Positions 8,727-16,039 of a DNA stretch of 62,800 nt are shown one piece after another. The notes under the pieces are model-generated. The model had not been told where the DNA came from, ran no database searches, and saw only the letters and a list, made by a program, of their open reading frames with translations. Made by a program: the position numbers and the translations under genes. Source of the stretch: Methanobacteriota archaeon (GTDB lineage Archaea; Thermoplasmatota; Poseidoniia; Poseidoniales; Poseidoniaceae). How positions within the stretch are numbered: the first letter of the stretch is position 1; every line of letters begins with the position of its first letter. Where the stretch lies: assembly GCA_018650165.1 (NCBI GenBank), contig JABIGM010000037.1:1-62800 (forward strand), written 5' to 3'.

Positions 8727-8984
8727 ATGGACTGGCGACCATCGGGATATTTGCTTTCAACCAAAGATTTAGTTCATGCAGTATTTGATTCCAATAGCGA
8801 TGCTGGTAAATTACTCGTAAAAGCGACCATGGGTGAAATTGAACTATTTGCAAATGCTAAAAGTTGGAATGCGATTTTGTGGTTAATCACTAATACACTC
8901 AAAGCAGATGGTGCACCAATCTATTCTGGAAAGCAATTAGGCAATCTGAAATCGTGCTTGCCAATTGTTTGGCGTTCCGATTAA
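8727..8984 (+). CDS. Small degenerate PIN-like protein (N-terminal half only, acidic residues lost)
   Basis: YLLSTKDLVHAVF...LLVKATMGEIELFANAKSWNAI parallels VVLDTNVLVSAL...LLxxxxxGxxxLxxSxxxxxEL; SD GAGGTG before ATG 8727. Confidence 0.45.
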   Translation: MDWRPSGYLLSTKDLVHAVFDSNSDAGKLLVKATMGEIELFANAKSWNAILWLITNTLKADGAPIYSGKQLGNLKSCLPIVWRSD

Positions 8985-11432
8985 TCACTTGTCTTGCCTA
9001 GCAAGCCATTCTGCCCCATACCATTTCCACTGGTCCATAGTCCAACCTTCAGGTAATCCTTCAGCAGGAACCGGTGGAGCCTCTACTTCAGCCTGTTTTG
9101 GCTCTAGGTTTTCGTCGACTTCGCTGGACTCTGTTTGTTCAGGTAGTCCTGCGAGTTCTTCCAATGAGGCTGATTCTTCCATAACTTCAGAATTCTCAGC
9201 GGTTTCGGAAATGTCTCCTTTGAGGTCAATATCATCAAACCCACCACCCAATTCGTTTCCATCATCGCCTACTTCCATAGGTTCAATTTCATCTTCCCAA
9301 TATTTGTCAGAGTCAACTCCTCCAACTGCAGAAAGGCCTGCTTTTCCTTCCAGTGCTTCAGTTTCAGCACTATTCTCTTCAGGTACGAATGGCACGCCGT
9401 ATGTCTTTACCAATGCTTTACGGCGACGTGCACGCCCGATGCCAGCATAAATCAATAGAACTGCAACAATAGCTGCAAAGCCGGCGCCAAGGAAGGGCCC
9501 TATTTCTGCGGCTGTCGACCAATATTGGTCACTAGTTGTTTCTTCTTCTTCGGCTGACTTAAGGGAGTTTTTCCATGCATTATATCCCAATGCAGAATCT
9601 CCAGAATCCTTGCTATTCACATAATTTTGATAATCAGCGTCCCTTACTCCAAGGCACATTTCTGATTGGTCTGTGGGAACTCTGTCACAATGATCTTCTC
9701 TGGTCTGAACCAATTTGTTAGAATCGTTGTAATCTTGACTATATCCTATTTCATCGCCATCTGAATCAATGTAGTCACGTGGGTCATCAGGTAAGTCATC
9801 ACCATAGTCGTAGAATCCATCACCATCTGAATCTATGCAACCAAACTTATCAATTACAACATAGGTAAGTGTTAGCGTTCCATCATTTGCAATTTCTGGA
9901 ACATAAGTGCTAGTTGAATTACCCCATGCTAGCGGACATGCGTCAGGGTCGTTACCAGATAAATTGTCACCATAGCCATCACCATCGTTATCTATCCATT
10001 GTGTTTTATCATAAATTGCATAATCTGCCCCATCAGCAACTGTCCAATCATCAGTCGGGTCTGAGTAACCATCAGTGTCTGTATCTTTACATCCTCTTCG
10101 GTCAACTGTTGAGAAACCATTCAATTCGGGGCAGTGGTCTCCATTAGTTCCTGTGGTCTCATCACCATAGCCATCAAAATCCTGGTCGGACCATTGTGTT
10201 GGGTCATCGGGGAACCGATCTCCTCCTTCGGAATTAGTGTTGTCACCATAGCCATCACCATCGCTATCTACCCATTGTCCTGAATTGTTAATGAAAGCGT
10301 CAGAATCATTCCCATCAGGATTATCGCCATAGCCATCACCGTCGCTATCAAGCCATTGTGAAAAATCAGTAGGGAACGCGTCAGAATTATTTCCGTGGGG
10401 GTCATCTCCATAACCATCACCATCTGTATCCTCGTCTTGACTAGAATCTAGAGGGAAGGCATCGACACTGTCTGTGACTCCATCGCCATCACTATCTAAA
10501 TCATATAATCTAACTTTTGAAGCCAATGAGAAAGAAGTAATGATGTATAATTCACCATTTGTCCCGAACACTCCCATCATGACCCTACCTGCAGATGAAA
10601 AACTCTCTTCTTCGACTAGTGAGGTTCCATTCATGATGTGCAGCATACCATTTTGGGTGCCAACTAAAACTCTACCATCAGCGGCTAAGTTTATCGAAAG
10701 TATGCTTTGACCACTTGAGATTGCAGATGAAGTGTATGTCCAATCTGTGAAATCATATCTGAATAAGTCGCCATTACTGCATCCAACAATAATATTGCCA
10801 TTACCATCGTTGATGATCTTTGTTGGGTATGCTGAGAAATCTGAAATTGATTTTTCCAAGACACCATCTTGGGTTGTTACTTTGACTAGGTTATCTCTAC
10901 CGCCAGTTACCAGTCTGTCCTCTGAAATAATTGTCATCGCTGTCATTGCGGTATTGTGAGCCGGAGTCGCTGCATTTGTCCAGCCAGTAGTACCATACTC
11001 CTTGGCACGGCGTTCTCCACCAAAGTGGCCAAACCATAATTCACCATCTGTATCCCAAACAACTGAATCAACTGAACTACTAGTGTTGTATGATGTTGCA
11101 ATTACCCGCAATTCTGTATTTACAACATACACGCCACCGGTATGTGCAACTGCAATTTGCAAACCTGTGTAATCAGGTGTCGCCGAATTTGCAGTTATAT
11201 TCAATTCGATTGACCATTGAGTAATTAATTCACCACTACCCCAAAAATGTTCAGACAAATTTCCGGCAGTTGTCAGCGTCAATAAGGTTGAGGATGAAGA
11301 AAAGGAAGTATGAATAAATCGTCCATCAACAGAATCAATAATGCCAACATCCAATAGATTAGATTCGGCTTCAGTTAATGGAATCGCTGGTACCAATAAT
11401 ATTGCAAGGAGTACTGCAAGTGCCTTCCTCAT
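8985..11432 (-). CDS. Membrane-anchored surface protein: beta-propeller + TSP3-like Ca-binding repeats + TM + acidic tail + Trp-rich C-terminal motif
   Basis: Signal peptide MRKALAVLLAILLVPAI; WD40-like segment (LVTGGRDNLVKV); repeated DSDGDGYGDN...DAFPxDxxQW; TM FLGAGFAAIVAVLLIYAGIG. Confidence 0.8.
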   Translation of the reverse strand: MRKALAVLLAILLVPAIPLTEAESNLLDVGIIDSVDGRFIHTSFSSSSTLLTLTTAGNLSEHFWGSGELITQWSIELNITANSATPDYTGLQIAVAHTGGVYVVNTELRVIATSYNTSSSVDSVVWDTDGELWFGHFGGERRAKEYGTTGWTNAATPAHNTAMTAMTIISEDRLVTGGRDNLVKVTTQDGVLEKSISDFSAYPTKIINDGNGNIIVGCSNGDLFRYDFTDWTYTSSAISSGQSILSINLAADGRVLVGTQNGMLHIMNGTSLVEEESFSSAGRVMMGVFGTNGELYIITSFSLASKVRLYDLDSDGDGVTDSVDAFPLDSSQDEDTDGDGYGDDPHGNNSDAFPTDFSQWLDSDGDGYGDNPDGNDSDAFINNSGQWVDSDGDGYGDNTNSEGGDRFPDDPTQWSDQDFDGYGDETTGTNGDHCPELNGFSTVDRRGCKDTDTDGYSDPTDDWTVADGADYAIYDKTQWIDNDGDGYGDNLSGNDPDACPLAWGNSTSTYVPEIANDGTLTLTYVVIDKFGCIDSDGDGFYDYGDDLPDDPRDYIDSDGDEIGYSQDYNDSNKLVQTREDHCDRVPTDQSEMCLGVRDADYQNYVNSKDSGDSALGYNAWKNSLKSAEEEETTSDQYWSTAAEIGPFLGAGFAAIVAVLLIYAGIGRARRRKALVKTYGVPFVPEENSAETEALEGKAGLSAVGGVDSDKYWEDEIEPMEVGDDGNELGGGFDDIDLKGDISETAENSEVMEESASLEELAGLPEQTESSEVDENLEPKQAEVEAPPVPAEGLPEGWTMDQWKWYGAEWLARQDK
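9760..10500 (-). repeat. Thrombospondin type-3-like DxDGDGYGD repeats
   Basis: Near-identical DNA units (t)caccatagccatcacc recur near 9968, 10164, 10243, 10328, plus a variant near 10408. Confidence 0.85.
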
Positions 11433-11490
11433 ACCTACTGCCAAGTATAGGTGCCCTATGAATCGAACGGAGTAACGCGTTTGAGTAGAA

Positions 11491-14121
11491 TCACTCTTCT
11501 TCACTGCTTGGTGCAATATTTAGAGTCACATTTGGAGACCTAACAGGAGTCAATGTCTTGACCGGTATTAGAACCGCAGTCTCCTCTTTAACCTCTTTTT
11601 CATCAGGTCTAATTCCTGGCGCAGAAGATGGCGGTGGGCCTCTTCTAGCAACCGGAGTAAGCACCTTAACCGTAACTGGCTTCAATACTGCAGTTTTTGG
11701 TTCTACAACAGACTCAAGTTTCTTAATCGGAGTTAGCAATACTACTTCCTGAACCTCTTTGAATTCTTCTTCCATTGACTCATCTAGAGCTTCTTCAAGA
11801 AGATCATCCATTGATTCTTCTTCAATAATATCCGGAACTAATTCTTCCACAATCGATTCGGTTGGAGTGATGGTTGATTCAGGAATCAATAACTCAGTGA
11901 CTTCTGTTTCTACAACATCTTCTACTTCTAGACCTTGGATTTCGAGTACTGGTTCTTTAACCAACAGTTCAGGTTCTGGTATTACTTCAGGTGCTAATGC
12001 CATTGGTGTTTGTACCACAGGGGGACTGACTGGTTGTTGTGTAATTGGTTGTCTTACAACTTTAGGCACAATTGGTTGTGGTAAAGCGGCTATAGGTGAT
12101 GGAAGGTTAGTTCCACCGATAGGTGCTTTTACCGGCCTAGCCATTGGTTGTGCTCCGCTAAGTGACTGTGCGGTTGAACGAGGTGCCCTCATTCCAGATA
12201 ATCCCATTGAAGGTGTGTGCTGTGCTGCTGCTTGTGCCATGGCCCCACGCATTTGTCTACCTGCATTCGAGCCGATTGTACTAGGCCTTGCACCTAGAGC
12301 ACTGGGGTCCATTCCCATCTGCGGAGCCTGTTCCTTTGTTCCCTGCCCAGATATTGCCTGTAACCAAGATTGGCGCTTTTCAACACGGCTGTCTTGTGAC
12401 TTTAGAGTATCAAACTCAGATTGTTGTTGAGTAAGACGTTCACTATCTGCATCGATTTGATTCTGGACCTTGCCTTCGATAGATTCTCTCATCTTGACTT
12501 CGGCCATTGCGCGGAAGTCATCCATCTGTTGGGTCAGGGAGGAGAGACGATCTCTAATCTCTGCTCGCTTGACGCCGAGTTGAGCTTCAATTTCTGCACG
12601 GATATTTGCTTCACGCTTGCGTACCTCGATGAGGGCCTTGTTACGCATGATCTCCTCACGCTTATCCAGTTGCCTTTCCAGTTGTGTTGCGACTTCGTCT
12701 TCCTTGCGAGTTCTGAATTCTGCCAGGCGGTCTTCCATTTCTACCTCTAATTCGAGAACTGTTTCTTCCTTCAGGAGATCCAAATCCGTTTCATGGGTGA
12801 TCCTTTCATTCCTTAGACGACCGTCTATCTCGGACATTATCGCCTTACGTGCAGCTACTTCGCGCGCATTGAATTCCAATTCTAGGCGTTCAGACCAATC
12901 GGTCTTCTTTGAATCATAGCGTTCTGAAAGTTGATCGTGAAGTTCGGCTTCGCGCTCATAACGGAAACGAGCTAGGCGATTTTGAATCTCTGCTTCTCGA
13001 GCGTTTCGGTAGGATGCAAACTCTTGGTCCATTCGTGCTTCTAGTTCAGTTTCTATTTCCCCTTCTAGTGAGCGTGATATATCATCGACTGCTTTGGAGA
13101 AAGTGAGGTCATATTTCTCACGCAATCTACTCTTCCTTTCAGATAACTTCTCTGAGTGCTGCGATTCCAATTGTTTTTCAACTTCAACTCGTAATTCTTC
13201 TCTGCGTCGTGCGACTGCAAGTTCGATATCTTGTCGCATTCTCTCTTCGAGTTCTTTAGTTTCTGCTGTCAACTTTGATTCCAATTCTTCTTGGATTGAA
13301 ATTGCAATATCTTCTTCCAATCTCAAACTACGGCGTTCATATTCTGAACGCATAGTTGCTTCTCTCTGCTTGAGGCGGAGTTTTAGTTGCTGTTCTAGAC
13401 GTGTACGGATTCCTCTGCGAAGTGCTTCTTCTCTTTCAGCAAGTTTTTGATTTTGAGATTCCTCTAAGCGTTCAATTTCTTTAGATTCCATTTCTTCGAA
13501 ACGGTTTTCCATTTGGTTTTGGATTGTTGCCTCCAAGTCGCGAATCTTTCTCTGCAGTGCCTGATTGAATTCTAATTCGAGTCGTTCTCTCTGAAAAGAG
13601 AGTCGGCGGCGGTGTTCTTCGGAAAGTTGACCTTCTAATTGAGAAATAACTGCGATTCTATGCTCCTCGACTTTTCTCTCCTGTTCGATATCTAGAGATT
13701 CTTTGAGTGTTTGAATTTCTCTTTCAAGACGCATTTCATGCATCTCTCTAAGGCGAATTTCTTCGCGGGTTAATGTTTCACTTTCTAATTGTGATAATTC
13801 CTCTTCCATTTGATTACGTAAATCATTTTCAAATGCATTTAGAGTCATTTCATGTTGTCTTGAAATGTCAGTTGCCATGTGGTCTTGCATTAACGAAATT
13901 CGTTCTGCCAATGCTTCTCTGCGTAATTTGTTATCCCTGCGAAGTTTTGCACGTAACTTCTCTTCTTCTCGGAATCTGGAACTCTGCATCATAGTTTGGT
14001 CTAACGATGGGGATGGTGTTGACGTGAACTGAGCGCGTAGTGCAGAAAGATCGGTTTGGCCTTTATCGCCACTTCTTCTCAATCCTGTACCTGTTCCTGA
14101 CTTGCTTTCGCTAACACTCAT
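11491..14121 (-). CDS. Long E/R/L-rich coiled-coil protein with Pro-rich linker and acidic low-complexity tail
   Basis: About 530 aa of uninterrupted helical E/R/K/L/Q sequence with very few Pro/Gly, then P/Q/A/M-rich and V/E-rich segments; no signal peptide or TM. Confidence 0.75.
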   Translation of the reverse strand: MSVSESKSGTGTGLRRSGDKGQTDLSALRAQFTSTPSPSLDQTMMQSSRFREEEKLRAKLRRDNKLRREALAERISLMQDHMATDISRQHEMTLNAFENDLRNQMEEELSQLESETLTREEIRLREMHEMRLEREIQTLKESLDIEQERKVEEHRIAVISQLEGQLSEEHRRRLSFQRERLELEFNQALQRKIRDLEATIQNQMENRFEEMESKEIERLEESQNQKLAEREEALRRGIRTRLEQQLKLRLKQREATMRSEYERRSLRLEEDIAISIQEELESKLTAETKELEERMRQDIELAVARRREELRVEVEKQLESQHSEKLSERKSRLREKYDLTFSKAVDDISRSLEGEIETELEARMDQEFASYRNAREAEIQNRLARFRYEREAELHDQLSERYDSKKTDWSERLELEFNAREVAARKAIMSEIDGRLRNERITHETDLDLLKEETVLELEVEMEDRLAEFRTRKEDEVATQLERQLDKREEIMRNKALIEVRKREANIRAEIEAQLGVKRAEIRDRLSSLTQQMDDFRAMAEVKMRESIEGKVQNQIDADSERLTQQQSEFDTLKSQDSRVEKRQSWLQAISGQGTKEQAPQMGMDPSALGARPSTIGSNAGRQMRGAMAQAAAQHTPSMGLSGMRAPRSTAQSLSGAQPMARPVKAPIGGTNLPSPIAALPQPIVPKVVRQPITQQPVSPPVVQTPMALAPEVIPEPELLVKEPVLEIQGLEVEDVVETEVTELLIPESTITPTESIVEELVPDIIEEESMDDLLEEALDESMEEEFKEVQEVVLLTPIKKLESVVEPKTAVLKPVTVKVLTPVARRGPPPSSAPGIRPDEKEVKEETAVLIPVKTLTPVRSPNVTLNIAPSSEEE

Positions 14122-14222
14122 TGGATCCCCATCCAATTGCACATCCCGTTCTCATGATAGATAAGGGGCGCGATACCAGATATATCACGCGAGGCGGTTT
14201 ATACGACAAAAGATGCTTGCCG

Positions 14223-15110
14223 TTATTCATTTTCTTCAGGTATTGAAACTTCAGAAACTAATCGAGGCCCGCCGACCACATATACCACTGTCCAGAACAG
14301 TGAAAATATGAATAAAAACATTGTAAATGAAGTTCCAGAAAGATTCTCGCCAGCATCAGAAGGGTGTGTCAATGTCATTGCATGAATAATTGCAAATAAT
14401 AATGCTGCGAATTGAATTGATGAAATTCGAAGTTGCATACTTGATTTTAATTTGGACATTTTACGATCTGAAATCATCAATCCACCACAAACCAACAGTA
14501 GTGGGAGTATCAAGAAATCAAAAAATGGCTTTACTTGCCCTTTACCCCAGCACATTGAACAATCCCAGGTAGTCAAATCTGGTCCGATATTAGAAGATGG
14601 TTGGAGCCAGATAATCCCTGCCGCAGATAGTAAAATTAAGGCACTAGCGGGTGAGGACAGGCCATAGAAATATGGAACGTAACCTCCTTTTTCGTGTTGG
14701 AATCTAGCTAACCTTAGCATACCACAAGCGATTAACCAAAAGCACCCTATTGCCAGAGAGACCGTCCATAGGGGAGATGCTTCCCCCATTCTACCAAACA
14801 TTGCAAATATCATCAAGGCTGGTGCAACACAGAATGATATGCAATCAGACATTATATCTAGAGAGCCGCCCAAGAGTTGGCGCTTTGAATATTTTCGAGC
14901 AATAGGCCCGTCAATGATATCGCCCAAGGCAGATAACATCACACAAAGCATTGCAGCCCAGATGTAATCAGTTAGCACTCCTCCCTCATAGTATGGTTTT
15001 CCCATATCTTCAACTGCCAGCAATACAAATACTACGGCCATTACACCTAGTAATCCATTGGCGATTGTAATGAAGTCTGCAATTCCCATCATTCGGAATG
15101 TTGTTTTCAT
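14223..15110 (-). CDS. CDP-alcohol phosphatidyltransferase (archaetidylserine synthase/PssA-like)
   Basis: ADFITIANG, DIIDGPIARK, GGSLDIMSDCISF (DG-xx-AR...G-xx-LD-xxx-D), RLARF, multiple TMs. Confidence 0.9.
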   Translation of the reverse strand: MKTTFRMMGIADFITIANGLLGVMAVVFVLLAVEDMGKPYYEGGVLTDYIWAAMLCVMLSALGDIIDGPIARKYSKRQLLGGSLDIMSDCISFCVAPALMIFAMFGRMGEASPLWTVSLAIGCFWLIACGMLRLARFQHEKGGYVPYFYGLSSPASALILLSAAGIIWLQPSSNIGPDLTTWDCSMCWGKGQVKPFFDFLILPLLLVCGGLMISDRKMSKLKSSMQLRISSIQFAALLFAIIHAMTLTHPSDAGENLSGTSFTMFLFIFSLFWTVVYVVGGPRLVSEVSIPEENE

Positions 15111-15119
15111 GGTAAAACC

Positions 15120-15518
15120 TCAGAATTTTATTTCAAACTCGTTCTCACACGCTGGACAAGAAATAGACCTCGTTCCTGGTCGCTTATTCATACGTAACTT
15201 ACGCTCGCATGAAGGGCATGAAACTTCTAACTTGGGACGATGTGGCTTTAGAACAAAATGTGTTTCACAGGAACTACACTGAAGATTAGCAGGGCGTTTA
15301 TCAACACCACAAATCAGTACTTTAGAGCATTCGGGGCAGCTAACTTTCTCTTCTCTCCAGTCGCGCCTAGTTCCTTCGTGTTCAACCTTCACTTCTGACT
15401 TACACATTGCACATGTAATTACACCTAATCCCGTTGGTAGGAGATTGTCACAACGTGGACAAGATAAATCTGGAGTTGCAATTCTTGATTCGATGCCGGG
15501 TGTTTCTTCATCTGACAT
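15120..15518 (-). CDS. Tandem zinc-ribbon protein (six CxxC)
   Basis: CPRC, CAMC, CPEC, CSSC, CPSC, CPAC; SD AGGTGA. Confidence 0.8.
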   Translation of the reverse strand: MSDEETPGIESRIATPDLSCPRCDNLLPTGLGVITCAMCKSEVKVEHEGTRRDWREEKVSCPECSKVLICGVDKRPANLQCSSCETHFVLKPHRPKLEVSCPSCERKLRMNKRPGTRSISCPACENEFEIKF

Positions 15519-15557
15519 TTTTAATCTCACCTTGTATAATTTAACGAACTTTGGTAA

Positions 15558-15977
15558 TCAATTTCTTCGACCGGTGATTTCAAGATTCTCTAATGTTGCA
15601 GAATCAAGGTTTAGATTGCCTCCAGACATTTGTGCAAGTTCTCTAAGCATTGTTCTTGCGGCTGCTTGGACTCTTGGATTTGAGAGATCTATGGTGCCTA
15701 ACGAATTCTCACTAGATTGTGCACTTCCATCGTTTGGTAGAGGCACTCTGTCAATTACACACCACCAGCGAGTCCGCCCTTGGTCTCGATGGTTCATCAC
15801 TAGCCCTAGTGATTCCAACTTCCTCAAATGATGATATAGATTGTAACGGTCTACACTAACTATTTCCTGAAGTTGAACTGTCGTATACTCATCAGCCCCT
15901 AAAAGGGCTACGTAGAGGGCGCGGCGTGTGGGATGCATCAAAGATGTGCTGACCGGGTCTGCATGGATTCTAGTCAT
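15558..15977 (-). CDS. ArsR-like winged-helix transcriptional regulator
   Basis: LMHPTRRALYVALL, LYHHLRKLESLGLV. Confidence 0.8.
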   Translation of the reverse strand: MTRIHADPVSTSLMHPTRRALYVALLGADEYTTVQLQEIVSVDRYNLYHHLRKLESLGLVMNHRDQGRTRWWCVIDRVPLPNDGSAQSSENSLGTIDLSNPRVQAAARTMLRELAQMSGGNLNLDSATLENLEITGRRN

Positions 15978-16039
15978 CTAAGTCCACCGTTAAACAGCCC
16001 TTAGCACCCATTTGGCTTGAAGGTAGCGTTTGATTTGCC

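Noticed and set aside
9760-10500. Regularly spaced DNA repeats resembling a CRISPR array
   Set aside because: In-frame TSP3-like coding repeats with synonymous variation; no cas genes
11491-14121. Coiled-coil protein as SMC/Rad50 or phage tape measure
   Set aside because: No Walker A/B, signature, hinge or hook motifs, and no viral neighbours
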